Below, in pieces: positions 44,611 through 54,663 of a stretch of 64,000 nucleotides of DNA. The notes under the pieces are model-generated. The model did not search any database. It was not told the DNA's origin and worked only from the letters and a program-made list of their open reading frames with translations. Location: the NCBI GenBank assembly GCA_036313175.1, contig JAXJMO010000020.1:10670-74669 (forward strand), given 5' to 3'. The DNA is from Collinsella sp. GTDB lineage: Bacteria > Actinomycetota > Coriobacteriia > Coriobacteriales > Coriobacteriaceae. Position 1 is the stretch's first letter; every line of letters starts with the position of its first letter. The position numbers and the translations under genes are program-made.

Positions 44611-45305
44611 AACGCGCCTTTATGTCCGAGCTCGCCATCGTTCGCACGCTCACCCCGAGCATCGCGGGCGTCGGCCTGTTCATCTTCGTCGTGCTAACCC
44701 TTGCCAACGCGTCGGATGGCGATTCCGGCATGAGCGCCGGCGCCTGCGCGGTCAGCGCCATGTCGCCCATCATGGTCATGAACTCGCTGGCCGGCTTCGA
44801 CAATCAAAACGGATGGGGGCGTTATCGGGCAACGCTGCCTCTCACGCGCAAAGACATTATTTGCGCACGCTACCTGAGCATCATTGTCTTCTCGGCTGTC
44901 ATGGCGTGCGCCGCCGCGCTTCTGAGCATCGTCTCCATCCCGCTATTCAACAGCGTGGGCATCCCCTCGACGGGACAGACGGTCTTTGAGATCGCTATAG
45001 CCTCGGCAGCATCGATGCTCATCTCCCTCATGATGGTGTTTTTGGCACAGCCGCTGTTCTTCCGATTTGGACACATGGAGGCACTGCGCCTATCCGTCGG
45101 CCTGTTTGCCCTGCTCTGGTGCCTTGCCATTGCCACGTTGAGCTCCTCCAACCCCATCAGCAACTGGCTCATGTCGATTGCCGGAGCGAATCCCGATCCC
45201 GCCGTCCTTGGCTGTCTGTGTGCAGGAATTGCAGTACTGGCGCTCGCACTATGTGCAATCAGCTGCACCGTCAGCACCAAGGTTTATCGAGTACGCGATC
45301 TGTAG
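44607..45305 (+). CDS. ABC-2 type transporter permease-like membrane protein
   Basis: ATGA overlap with the ATPase gene. 232 aa with about 6 TM segments. Confidence 0.65.
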   Translation: MKRAFMSELAIVRTLTPSIAGVGLFIFVVLTLANASDGDSGMSAGACAVSAMSPIMVMNSLAGFDNQNGWGRYRATLPLTRKDIICARYLSIIVFSAVMACAAALLSIVSIPLFNSVGIPSTGQTVFEIAIASAASMLISLMMVFLAQPLFFRFGHMEALRLSVGLFALLWCLAIATLSSSNPISNWLMSIAGANPDPAVLGCLCAGIAVLALALCAISCTVSTKVYRVRDL

Positions 45306-45395
45306 CCACGCGTGTCTCAATCCACGAAGGACGCAATCGCCGCCCCTCCCCGTAAATCCGTGACAAATGGCATATCCCCAGCGTGAGCCACCGTA

Positions 45396-46700
45396 CTACT
45401 TGCGCAGCGGCTTGGGCAGCGGAATGCCGGCGGCGATGACGGCCGCGATGATCATGCAGACGATACCCTTGAGTGGGAAGCACATGAGCAGCAGGCCCAC
45501 GACCATGATGGGCTGGCGCATGACGGCGCCCATCGTCGATGCCGTGCAGACGGCGACGCAAAAGACCGGATCTGCGCCGGTGAGGATGGCAAGGCCATAG
45601 CCCAGGCTTACGCCCGAGAAGATAACCGGGAAGAAGTGACCGCCGCGCCAACCAAGGTTGATGAGGGCGGGCGTCAGCATGGCCTTAACAAGACCGGTCG
45701 CGATAAGCACGCCAGCGGGAATGGTCAGATAGGTTTCCATGAGCACGTCGGCCTGGGTCTCGCCGGCAAACATGGTATAGGGCAGGACCGTGCCACAGAT
45801 GGCGAGTGCCAGACCGGCCAGCATGGCCTTGACGACAGGACGCTCCCCTATTGCATGGGACAGTGCCTCGCTTGCATGCTCAGAGACAAAGTACAGCCAG
45901 CCGCAGACGGTGCCGATCAACGACAGAGGGACGAGCCAGGTAAGCTCTAGGTTGCCCACCTCGGCGGACTCGAACCTGGGCATGCCCATGCCGCCGCCCA
46001 CAAGCTGTCCAAGCAGCAGGTAGGTGCCCAGACCGCCGGCAATCGCAATACCGTAGACCACCGTCTTTTGCGCCTTGGGCAGCTTGATGGTGATCTCGCC
46101 GGACGCGGACTCATCGTCGGCGTCTTCACCCTGGCCGTCGGTGCTACCGGCAAGCGGCGCCACAAAGCCAAAGACGGGCGCGGTAAAGAGCGCCGTCAGG
46201 GCAGCCTGGGTGCCCAGCAACGTGAGCTCCCTAAACTCGGCGCCAAAGCGACGCATGCGGTCGCCGACCCAACTGCACAGACCGGCGATAACGCCGGTCA
46301 GACCGGCCTCCGGTCCAATACTTCCACCAAACAGCAGCGGCAGCAATGCCGCGAGCGAAAGCTTGCCCAGGTTGTCGTACGGGTAGCGCCCGTCTTGCTT
46401 AACCTTCGCCATCACCTGGTTGAGGTCATCGGTCTTGATGCCCGTCATCTTTTCGTACAGGCCAATCACCAAGCCGCCCAGCAGGCAAACGAAAAACGGG
46501 TACGGCAAAAAGCCAAACGGGCCGCTGGCGAGTTCGGGCGAAGAGACGCCCAGCATATGCGGGACCTCGGTCCACAAATAATCAATGCCGTGCTCCATCG
46601 CAAAGAAGAATAGCCAGACTGCAGCACCCGCGAGTGCACCGGTCACGGCAACGCTGACCAAAAACAGCGCTCGGTTCGTGGGTTTGGCAAGGTTATCCAT
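45396..46700 (-). CDS. ClC family voltage-gated chloride channel / H+-Cl- antiporter
   Basis: GGSIGPEAG selectivity motif and a later GGHFFP (GxFxP) motif. The ATG follows GGGAGGA. Confidence 0.85.
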   Translation of the reverse strand: MDNLAKPTNRALFLVSVAVTGALAGAAVWLFFFAMEHGIDYLWTEVPHMLGVSSPELASGPFGFLPYPFFVCLLGGLVIGLYEKMTGIKTDDLNQVMAKVKQDGRYPYDNLGKLSLAALLPLLFGGSIGPEAGLTGVIAGLCSWVGDRMRRFGAEFRELTLLGTQAALTALFTAPVFGFVAPLAGSTDGQGEDADDESASGEITIKLPKAQKTVVYGIAIAGGLGTYLLLGQLVGGGMGMPRFESAEVGNLELTWLVPLSLIGTVCGWLYFVSEHASEALSHAIGERPVVKAMLAGLALAICGTVLPYTMFAGETQADVLMETYLTIPAGVLIATGLVKAMLTPALINLGWRGGHFFPVIFSGVSLGYGLAILTGADPVFCVAVCTASTMGAVMRQPIMVVGLLLMCFPLKGIVCMIIAAVIAAGIPLPKPLRK

Positions 46701-46825
46701 CGGGTCCTCCCGCGGTCAAAGTCGACATAGATACGCTTTATTGTAGAGCGAGCGTGGCCCAGACAAGCCAACCGTCTGCGCTGCAAACGGAGCCACCGGA
46801 GACCACGGCGGGACAGGCTCAAGGC

Positions 46826-47359
46826 TTATCCGTTGATAATTGATGCGATTTCGTGCAGATCCTCGGCAAAGTAAATGCCTTGCTGGCGCCGTGGGCTCGA
46901 TAAGCCCTTATCGATCATGTGCCCGAGCAGCGCCTTGAGGTCGTTGTAGTAATCGTCCAGGTTATACAGGATGCACGGAGCACTCAGGTGTCCCAACGAC
47001 ACCGCGGACATGACCTCGGCAATCTCCTCGAGCGTGCCCGTCCCACCGGGAAAGGCGATGAACGCATCGCCGAGCTCAATCATCTTGGCCTTGCGCTCCG
47101 CCATATCGCTCGTCACGATGAGGTCGTCGATACCGTCATGTTGAAACTCGGCCTCGATAAAAAAGCTCGGCTCAACACCCGTCACGCGTCCACCCGCCTC
47201 GAGTACGCTATCGGCAAGCGCACCCATCAGGCCCGACTTGGAGCCGCCGTATACCAGCGCGTGGCCGTTGGAGCCAATCCACGTGCCGAGCTCTCGCACT
47301 GCAGGCAGAAACGCCGGGTCATTGCCAGCGTTGGCACCCAGGTACACGGTGATGTTCAT
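46826..47359 (-). CDS. LOG family (TIGR00730) nucleotide phosphoribohydrolase
   Basis: MNITVYLGANAGN..., YGGSKSGLMG and PGGTGTLEE motifs. The ATG at 47357-47359 was chosen. The 41-codon extension in the track is rejected. Confidence 0.8.
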   Translation of the reverse strand: MNITVYLGANAGNDPAFLPAVRELGTWIGSNGHALVYGGSKSGLMGALADSVLEAGGRVTGVEPSFFIEAEFQHDGIDDLIVTSDMAERKAKMIELGDAFIAFPGGTGTLEEIAEVMSAVSLGHLSAPCILYNLDDYYNDLKALLGHMIDKGLSSPRRQQGIYFAEDLHEIASIING

Positions 47360-47393
47360 ATTTGCCCCCCTGTTGTGGCGCACGACGTTCGTC

Positions 47394-47819
47394 TTAGCGC
47401 TGGCGTCGACGATACTCGCGCACGCGACGCGAAAGATCGGCAAGCTCGTCGTGATCGAGCTCTTCCAAATGCTCCAGATCATCCATAAAGCGTGCCATGG
47501 TGTCCTTTTGACGCATCTTGATAAGCGTATTGCAGTAGTTCACCGCCACGCCCGTGAGCATGGCGATGTAGAAGATGCTGATGACGCTCAGAATGACGGT
47601 AATGGCGCGGGCAACCGGTGTCTCGGCCGGAATGTCACCAAAGCCGATGGTCGAGACCGTCTCAAAGCTAAACCACAGGCCATCGCCAAACGTGAGGGTC
47701 GTGGGCTCGGACAGCCAAACGGCCGTCGAGCACAGCAGATAGAAGATAAGAAACAGGCCCGTGATGCGCGCAAAGCCAGCCTGGCGCAACACGTCGGCAA
47801 GCGTCCTCAACTTGTTCAT
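47394..47819 (-). CDS. two-TM potassium channel family protein
   Basis: TVSTIGFGDI selectivity filter between two hydrophobic helices. The ATG at 47817-47819 follows AAGGGG. No RCK domain. Confidence 0.75.
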   Translation of the reverse strand: MNKLRTLADVLRQAGFARITGLFLIFYLLCSTAVWLSEPTTLTFGDGLWFSFETVSTIGFGDIPAETPVARAITVILSVISIFYIAMLTGVAVNYCNTLIKMRQKDTMARFMDDLEHLEELDHDELADLSRRVREYRRRQR

Positions 47820-47889
47820 CGCGACCCCTTTTCCCAGACGCCCAATCACGTTCGCTCGGTATTGTCCCACGCCTCCCCCGCAAACGAAA

Positions 47890-47972
47890 CTAGTCATTGG
47901 GGACGTTCTTAAATGACTAGTCAAACAAGAACGTCCCCAATGACTAGTCGTTTAAGAACGTCCCCAATGACT
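47890..47972. repeat. palindromic element family C, copy 2 (one left arm, two right arms)
   Basis: GGGGACGTTCTT at 47899-47910, and AAGAACGTCCCC at both 47927-47938 and 47954-47965. With the CTAGTCATT/AATGACTAG flanks the stem reaches 21 bp. Located in the divergent K-channel/kinase intergenic region. Confidence 0.8.
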
Positions 47973-48058
47973 GCCGGGCGGGAGCGTTTAGCGGTGCAGC
48001 TGCCGACTGGGCAGGCTGAGCTGGTATCCTTATGCGGTAATGTCTCGATTCGTTAGGA

Positions 48059-50869
48059 TTGCACGTGAGAGCTACCGTCGCCCTTCGTTCAGTTATATCT
48101 CGCGCCTTGGTCATCGTGCTTGTCGCGCTTACCGTGCTGAGCGCCGCCGCGCCCGCCCCCGTCTATGCCGCCAACACCGATCAACAGGTCAAAACGGTCC
48201 GCGTCGGCTGGCTCGTCAACAACGAGGGCTTCCAGGACGGCACCCCCGGCGAGCGCCTCTCGGGATGGGGCTACGAGTACCTCCAGACCCTGTCGTACTA
48301 CACGCCCGGCTGGCGGTACGAATACGTCTCCGGCACCTTCACCGAGCTTATGGACATGCTCGAGGCAGGCGAAATCGACCTCATGCCCAACATCTCCTAC
48401 TCCGAGGAACGCGCCCAAAAGCTGCTCTTTTCCTCGAACCCCGAGGGCACTGAGCGCTACTACATCTACGCCAAGCCCGATCGCGACGACCTGGCAAAGG
48501 GTGACCCTCAAGCACTCCAGGGTCTCACTATCGGCTGCAACCCCGGCGTTATGCAAACCTTCGTTGGCCAGCAATGGCTCGCCAACGAAGGAATCGCCTG
48601 CACATACAGGGAGTATGACGGAAACTCCGTTCTCTTTGACGCGCTCGCAAACAACGAGGTCGACGCCATCATCATGAACGACACGACCTCGTCGCCCAAC
48701 GCCTCCCCCATGTTCTACATTGGCTCGAGCGACTACTACTTTGCCGTTCCCAAAAGCCGCCCCGATCTGATGAACGACATCAATGCCGCCATGACGGCAA
48801 TCGCCCGCGTCAACCCACGCTATAACGACGAAGTCAAATCTAGCTACTCGACCCAAAACAGCGGTTCATCATCGCTCAACGGCCCCGAATGTTCTTGGCT
48901 CAAAGCAAACAACAACACCATCACGCTCGGCTACATTACGGGCAAACTCCCCTACTGCAACGAGGACGAAGACGGCGAGATGGAAGGCTCGCTCGCATCG
49001 CTTGCGACGACGCTACACGATAAATTTGGCATTACGGTCAAAACCGTCGCCTTTGATAGCTACAAGATGATGTCAAAGGCCCTGTCAAAGGGAAGCATAG
49101 ACGTTGCGCTGCCGGTATACCGAGATTACTGGTTTGCCGAGCAAACAGGCGTTGTGCAGTCGATATCGTTGGGGACCATATCCCTCACCGCCATCCACAC
49201 CGGCAGCAACCTGAACAAAGACCTTCAAAACATCGCCTGTACCAAATCATCGTTTGTCAACAAAAATGCACTTGAAAGTCTGTTCCCCACAGCGACCGTA
49301 ACCGAATACCAATCCGACGGTGAAGCGTTCGACACCCTCAGGAAGGGAACGGCGCACTGCATCGTCGCTCCCAGTTCACGCGTAAAAACCATCGGTGACC
49401 GTTACGATCTCGAGGACTGCGAGACGACCGAGCTCCCTGACACCTGTGAGCTCTCGTGCTGGATTTCGCGCGGAAAACCTGAGCTGTTGGGAATCATCAA
49501 CAAGGGCATCATCAATGCCGGAGAATCGCTCTCCGCAAGCAATTTCTCCTCCACGTCGTACACGGCCCAGGAATCCAACACGCTTCAATTCCTTTACCGC
49601 AACCGCACCGCCATTGCAGCTACCCTCATCGGTATGTTGTCGGTCGACATCGTCCTGCTCATCTGGGCGCTCGTGCGCGCTCGAACCGAGCGCAAAAAAG
49701 CCGATGCTGCCAACGCCGCTAAGACGGCATTCCTCACGCGCATGAGCCACGACATCCGTACGCCGCTCAACGGTATCCTGGGCCTTATCGAGATCGAGGA
49801 ATTGAAGGAAGGCGATATGCAAGTCGCCCGCGAGAGCCGTGCCAAGGCGCGCGTTGCCGCCAATCACCTGCTCTCGCTGATCAACGACATCCTCGAGATG
49901 GGCAAAATCGAAGACCGCAAGCTAACACTGGAGCATGCGCCTTTTAACCTCAAAGAGCTCTGTGACGATACGCTGGTGCTGTGCAAGCTCCGCGCGTCCA
50001 GTAACGGCATCACAATGCAGGACAATAGTCTGCCGTACGCCACGGGGCCATACATGATCGGCAGCCCCACCCATATCCGACAGATCATGATCAACCTGTT
50101 AGACAACAGCATTAAGTACAACAAGCACGGCGGCTCCGTCACCTTTAGTTCAAAGACCAAGCCACTCGATAACGGGCGCGCGCTCTTTTGCTTTAGCGTT
50201 TCGGATACCGGCATTGGCATGGCTCCCGAGTTTTTAAAGCATATCTATGAGCCGTTTGCCCAAGAAGGTGACGATGCGCGCAGCAAGTTCCAAGGAACCG
50301 GCATGGGCATGCCAATCGTCAAGTCGCTTATTGAACTGATGGGTGGCACCATCGAAGTCACCAGCGAACTCCATGTGGGCACCACGTTCTACGTGGAAAT
50401 TCCGCTCGATATCGACAAGAACCCCCAGACGCGGGCGAATACGGTCGAGAGAGCGCTCGACTGCTCGCTCGCCGACATGAACGTGCTGCTCGCCGAAGAC
50501 AACGAATTGAATGCCGAGATTGCCCAGACGCTGCTAGAATCCGAGGGCGTCGTGGTCACCCGCGCCGCCAACGGCAACGAAGTCGTCGATTTGTACCTGT
50601 CGCATCCCGCCGGCAGCTTCGATGCGATCCTGATGGACATTATGATGCCGGACATGGACGGCTACGAGGCAACCCGCGCGATTCGTCTGAGCGAGAAAGT
50701 CGATGCAGCCGATATCCCCATCATCGCGCTCACCGCCAATGCCTTTGCCGAGGACGCCAAGGCGGCACACGACGCCGGCATGAACGCCCATCTGTCCAAA
50801 CCGCTCGACTTTAACAAGCTCAAAAACATACTCGCCCGCATCAAGAAAAACGGGTCCGTTTCGCTATAG
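48059..50869 (+). CDS. hybrid sensor histidine kinase/response regulator with two fused periplasmic SBP_bac_3 (Venus-flytrap) domains
   Basis: Signal-like N-terminus, two ~220-aa family-3 solute-binding-like domains, a TM segment (AIAATLIGMLSVDIVLLIWALV), HisKA FLTRMSHDIRTPLNG, HATPase (GTGMGMPIV) and REC (DAILMDIMMPDMDGYE). The start is TTG 48059 or GTG 48065. Confidence 0.85.
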   Translation: MHVRATVALRSVISRALVIVLVALTVLSAAAPAPVYAANTDQQVKTVRVGWLVNNEGFQDGTPGERLSGWGYEYLQTLSYYTPGWRYEYVSGTFTELMDMLEAGEIDLMPNISYSEERAQKLLFSSNPEGTERYYIYAKPDRDDLAKGDPQALQGLTIGCNPGVMQTFVGQQWLANEGIACTYREYDGNSVLFDALANNEVDAIIMNDTTSSPNASPMFYIGSSDYYFAVPKSRPDLMNDINAAMTAIARVNPRYNDEVKSSYSTQNSGSSSLNGPECSWLKANNNTITLGYITGKLPYCNEDEDGEMEGSLASLATTLHDKFGITVKTVAFDSYKMMSKALSKGSIDVALPVYRDYWFAEQTGVVQSISLGTISLTAIHTGSNLNKDLQNIACTKSSFVNKNALESLFPTATVTEYQSDGEAFDTLRKGTAHCIVAPSSRVKTIGDRYDLEDCETTELPDTCELSCWISRGKPELLGIINKGIINAGESLSASNFSSTSYTAQESNTLQFLYRNRTAIAATLIGMLSVDIVLLIWALVRARTERKKADAANAAKTAFLTRMSHDIRTPLNGILGLIEIEELKEGDMQVARESRAKARVAANHLLSLINDILEMGKIEDRKLTLEHAPFNLKELCDDTLVLCKLRASSNGITMQDNSLPYATGPYMIGSPTHIRQIMINLLDNSIKYNKHGGSVTFSSKTKPLDNGRALFCFSVSDTGIGMAPEFLKHIYEPFAQEGDDARSKFQGTGMGMPIVKSLIELMGGTIEVTSELHVGTTFYVEIPLDIDKNPQTRANTVERALDCSLADMNVLLAEDNELNAEIAQTLLESEGVVVTRAANGNEVVDLYLSHPAGSFDAILMDIMMPDMDGYEATRAIRLSEKVDAADIPIIALTANAFAEDAKAAHDAGMNAHLSKPLDFNKLKNILARIKKNGSVSL

Positions 50870-50911
50870 TTTGTGCTCAACTACCACGCATGACCAGAAA
50901 GAAATCCAACG

Positions 50912-51391
50912 ATGTTTAGGCCCTTACGTCGAAAGAAACGCGCCATCACTGACGAGGAAGCGCGCGAACTGCTCGCTGCCTGCAAGCGCGGTGTCTTTGC
51001 CGTCAACGGCGACGATGGCTACCCGTACGCCATTCCCGTCAACTACTTCTTTGACACCGAGCACGACAAGATTTATTTCCATGGCGCCAAGGCTGGCCAC
51101 AAGGTCGACGCACTCAAGCGCGATGACAAGGTCTGCTTTACCGTTTACGGCAACGAGTGGTACAAGGGCGGTGACTGGGCTCCCTACGTTATGAGCACCG
51201 TGGTCTTTGGCCGCTGTCGCTTGGCGAATGACACTCCCGCGTTTATCGAGGATAAAGTCCGCCAGCTCGCGCTTAAGTACTACCCTTCTGCCGAGGAAGT
51301 CGAAGAGGAAATCGCCAAAGACATTAAGGGCGTCCAGCTCTACGAGATTACGATTGAGCATCTTTGCGGCAAGCAGATTCAGGAAAAGTAA
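50912..51391 (+). CDS. pyridoxamine 5'-phosphate oxidase family protein (NimA-like split-barrel flavoprotein)
   Basis: MFRPLRRKKRAITDEEARELL...GVFAVNGDDGYPYAIPVNYFFD is the typical Nim/PNPOx-like N-terminus. 159 aa. Confidence 0.75.
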   Translation: MFRPLRRKKRAITDEEARELLAACKRGVFAVNGDDGYPYAIPVNYFFDTEHDKIYFHGAKAGHKVDALKRDDKVCFTVYGNEWYKGGDWAPYVMSTVVFGRCRLANDTPAFIEDKVRQLALKYYPSAEEVEEEIAKDIKGVQLYEITIEHLCGKQIQEK

Positions 51392-51418
51392 GCCCCTCAG
51401 CAGGTCTCATCAATAGTA

Positions 51419-51458
51419 ATATGGCCCGGTTCCAGCCCACCTTGGAACCGGGCCATAT
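51419..51458. terminator. bidirectional hairpin between convergent genes
   Basis: 16-bp perfect arms ATATGGCCCGGTTCCA (51419-51434) and TGGAACCGGGCCATAT (51443-51458). Confidence 0.6.
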
Positions 51459-51460
51459 GC

Positions 51461-53653
51461 TTATAAAGCGTCGGCAGCTATGTGCGCAAGCGCCTCAACG
51501 AGCTCCTGCGAGCTCACGGGTTTACTCAGGTGCGCGTTCATGCCCGCCTCACGTGAAAGCCTGCGGTCGTCGGCAAAGGCGTTGGCACTCACAGCGATAA
51601 TCGGCGTGGTCGCGGCATCCTCGCGATCGAGTGCTCGAATTCGACGCGTGGTCTCAAGGCCATCGATGCCGGGCATCATGATGTCCATCAACACCACGTC
51701 ATACTCGTGCGGTGCGCTCGCGGTAAACATCTCGACGGCAGACTCACCATCCTTAGCATGCGTCACGACGGCACCGGCATGGCCGAGCGTAAACTGCGCG
51801 ATCTCGGCATTCAGATCGTTATCCTCTACGAGCAAAACACGCAGGCCCTGGAGCGCATCGCCATCGCCCGCGTCCACGCGCACATCCTGAGGAATCTCGG
51901 AACGTTTGCATTTCTCGAACGGCAGGCGGATGGTAAACGTCGTCCCCTGCCCCAAGACACTCGTAAAGCTCATGGTTCCGCCCATAAGCTCGACCAACTG
52001 TTTTGCGATAGGCGCGCCCAGGCCAGTTCCCGATGAAGCGCCTTCCACCTGTTGCTCCTCGCGGCAAAAAGGCTCGTAGAGGTGCTGTTGGAACTCATCG
52101 CTCATGCCAATACCGTTGTCGGCGATCGTGTATTCATAGACGGGGACGCCATTCGCTGGCCCCACCTCGCGGCACACTAGGCGAACATAGCCGCCCTGGC
52201 GGTTGTACCTGACGGCATTGCCGGCAATATTGAGCAACAAGCGCTTGAGGTGCGTCACGCTCGCCCGTGCATAGGGATGATCAAGGGTCTGCTGGTCGCA
52301 GATAATTGTGACCAGACGCTCCTCGGCCTGGCGCTCAAGAATATCGCGCACCTCGTGGTTGAGGGTCGCCAAGTTTGTGGGAACAAGCTCCAGGTCGACC
52401 TGCCCGCTCTCCAGGCGACTCATATCGAGTGCCTCGTTGGCAAGGTCGAGCAGCAGTCCCGATGCTGTCCAGATTTTTGAGCGGCACTCGGTCTGCTTTT
52501 GCAGATCGTCCGCATTGGCATCGCCGACCTCGACCATACCGCGAATGCCGTTGATGGGCGTGCGCAGATCGTGGCTCATGCGGCGCAAAAACTCCGTCTT
52601 TGCCGAGTTGGCAGACGAGGCCTCACGCGCCGCCTTTGCCAGCTTGTCGCCATAGTCGCGCTCCTGCTGCAGCAAGTCCGTCAAACGTCGACGGTCGGCG
52701 CGGCGACGCGCCATCACAACAACGGCTATAACACCGCTGTAGAGCACCAGCACGCCGGCAGCAACAGCCGCGACGACCTCAAAGTAGCGCCGCGCCGAGG
52801 CATAGGTATACACGTAGAATCCGCGCGCTTTTCCAAATGTGCCCAAATACCACTCGCCATTGGCGTTAACCAATCTGACCTTACCAGCCGGGCATCGATC
52901 CTTTATACCGTCGACAATGAAGACATCCGTCGCAGGCAGGTCGAACACGCCCAAGATGGTGGGTTCAACGGCGTTGGTCGCAACGACCTTGCCATCGTTT
53001 TCGATCACGATATTGCCGCTATCGATGGTCTCATAGCCTTCGAGCAGACTCTGCAGTTTGAGCGTATTGCTTGCAACCGCCTTCGCGCTCTGATGCCTTA
53101 CCGCGATAACGATACCCTCGCCATCTTGCCGGGTCACACAGCCAATGTCTGCAACCGAATCATCCGCAAGTGTGATACGAGCGGTATAGGACTTAAGCGG
53201 ATGGGCTGCCACCTCCAGCACGGGCGCTTCCTTGAGATACGTAGCGAGCGACCCGTAGCCCACGTCATCCGTCGAGCACTCGGACACCAAATTGCCCGAT
53301 GCGTCCGTCACGATCAGCGCGCTCACGTTGAACTGGTCAGCATATTGCTCGAGCGCGGCGTTATCCACCGAGCTGTCGCGCTCCATATCGCGCGCCACCT
53401 CTCCGGCGATCTCCATAACGCGAATCAGGTTTTTGGTCGTATAGGCGCTATTGAACGCATCGTAGGAAAGGCCCTGGGTCGCCACGTAATCGACAACGTC
53501 GGCAAAGCGCTGCTCGGCTTGGGCTGTCGTGTAACCGTAGCTCATCATGCCGACAACAACCGAGAGCGCTATCCCCAACAGGGCGGCAATGAGCCCTACC
53601 CATGCCGAACGATCGCCCCGCTCCTCTACGGCGTGGTCGGGCGCATCGATCAT
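51461..53653 (-). CDS. hybrid sensor histidine kinase/response regulator
   Basis: Two TM segments bracket a ~260-aa extracytoplasmic domain. HisKA FLRRMSHDLRTPINGI, HATPase (GTGLGAPIA) and REC (DVVLMDIMMPGIDGLE). The start overlaps the upstream SBP gene stop (ATGA). Confidence 0.85.
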   Translation of the reverse strand: MIDAPDHAVEERGDRSAWVGLIAALLGIALSVVVGMMSYGYTTAQAEQRFADVVDYVATQGLSYDAFNSAYTTKNLIRVMEIAGEVARDMERDSSVDNAALEQYADQFNVSALIVTDASGNLVSECSTDDVGYGSLATYLKEAPVLEVAAHPLKSYTARITLADDSVADIGCVTRQDGEGIVIAVRHQSAKAVASNTLKLQSLLEGYETIDSGNIVIENDGKVVATNAVEPTILGVFDLPATDVFIVDGIKDRCPAGKVRLVNANGEWYLGTFGKARGFYVYTYASARRYFEVVAAVAAGVLVLYSGVIAVVVMARRRADRRRLTDLLQQERDYGDKLAKAAREASSANSAKTEFLRRMSHDLRTPINGIRGMVEVGDANADDLQKQTECRSKIWTASGLLLDLANEALDMSRLESGQVDLELVPTNLATLNHEVRDILERQAEERLVTIICDQQTLDHPYARASVTHLKRLLLNIAGNAVRYNRQGGYVRLVCREVGPANGVPVYEYTIADNGIGMSDEFQQHLYEPFCREEQQVEGASSGTGLGAPIAKQLVELMGGTMSFTSVLGQGTTFTIRLPFEKCKRSEIPQDVRVDAGDGDALQGLRVLLVEDNDLNAEIAQFTLGHAGAVVTHAKDGESAVEMFTASAPHEYDVVLMDIMMPGIDGLETTRRIRALDREDAATTPIIAVSANAFADDRRLSREAGMNAHLSKPVSSQELVEALAHIAADAL

Positions 53654-54519
53654 GACAGGCCCTCCGTATTCAAAAATGGTGCAGGGCCATCAAAGTACTT
53701 TGACACCAGGCGTTCCATGGTGCCATCGGCAAGCATTTCTTGGTAGGCATGGGTGAGCTTAACGTCGATGCCGCGCGTATCGTTGATATCGAAAGCGGTG
53801 CCCAAGCCAACTTCTAGCAGCGGCTCATCCAAAATGCGATACGTCACACCATAGTCTTTTTCGTAGGTGAGCAGCGAGGACTCATGCGCGGCGATGGCGT
53901 CGACCAGGCCCTCGACGAGCGCCGGGTTCAGGTATGAGCGGTCCGAAAAGCAGTAGAGCTCTTTGATCTTCGGAACGTTTTCATTTGTATGATTGAGCAA
54001 AATGTCCTCGGGCTTGGTGGTGGACTGGACCGCCGCGACCTTATCCTCAAGATCGGCAAGCGTGTAGATATCGCTCTGGGGATCGACCGCGACCACCTGG
54101 CGGCTCGCAAGGTACGGGCCGGCCCAACGATACTCGTTTTCGCGACCCGTCATGCTAAAGCTGCCCATGACGCAATCGAGCTCGCCGCTCGCCAGTAACT
54201 CGTTCTTCTTTTCCCAATCGATCAGCTGGTACTTTGGCTTGTAACCAATGCGGGCCAAAGCCTCGGTCAATATCTCGACATCCAGGCCAACGATATCGCC
54301 GTACTCGTCGGTATACACAAACGGTGGATAGAGGTCGCTGCCAACATTGAGCGTCTTAAGGTTGTCGTCTTTGGCTTGCGAGGCGTCCAGACCTTTTGAT
54401 GCAGACGTCGAGACTTCGTCATTCAACCCAGAACAGCCAGCTATCGCTACGACAAAGGCGCTCGCCACTGCAAGCGCAACAAACAACGAAATGGCAACCG
54501 AGCGACGGGGTCTTTTCAT
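53650..54519 (-). CDS. family 3 solute-binding lipoprotein (amino-acid ABC-type SBP), translationally coupled to the kinase
   Basis: Signal peptide with lipobox VAIAGCSG and an SBP_bac_3-like body (LKTLNVGSDLYPPFVY...). No ABC permease or ATPase genes are adjacent. Confidence 0.8.
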   Translation of the reverse strand: MKRPRRSVAISLFVALAVASAFVVAIAGCSGLNDEVSTSASKGLDASQAKDDNLKTLNVGSDLYPPFVYTDEYGDIVGLDVEILTEALARIGYKPKYQLIDWEKKNELLASGELDCVMGSFSMTGRENEYRWAGPYLASRQVVAVDPQSDIYTLADLEDKVAAVQSTTKPEDILLNHTNENVPKIKELYCFSDRSYLNPALVEGLVDAIAAHESSLLTYEKDYGVTYRILDEPLLEVGLGTAFDINDTRGIDVKLTHAYQEMLADGTMERLVSKYFDGPAPFLNTEGLS

Positions 54520-54663
54520 CGAGCTCCAGACGATCCTGTTTACAGACTGAAATGGTTAAAAATAATAGCAAATGAAACCACTCGAGCGCCCAATGGTTAC
54601 AGACGCATTACCATGCGGGGCCTTCTAGCCGACCTGGCAGAAGGCCCCGCATGCAGCGCACAC

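Noticed and set aside
46701-46825. Fluoride (crcB-motif) riboswitch upstream of the ClC gene
   Set aside because: I looked for the GGnGAUGG...UUC...CCGCC...CUGAUGAUGCCUAC pattern on the minus strand and found nothing resembling it.
54538-54604. Two copies of (G/T)TTACAGAC upstream of the SBP-kinase operon that resemble the TGTTACAGA arm of the 42.9-kb array
   Set aside because: The shared core is only 7-8 nt with no inverted partner. That is within chance expectation for a 64-kb window, so no link is claimed.
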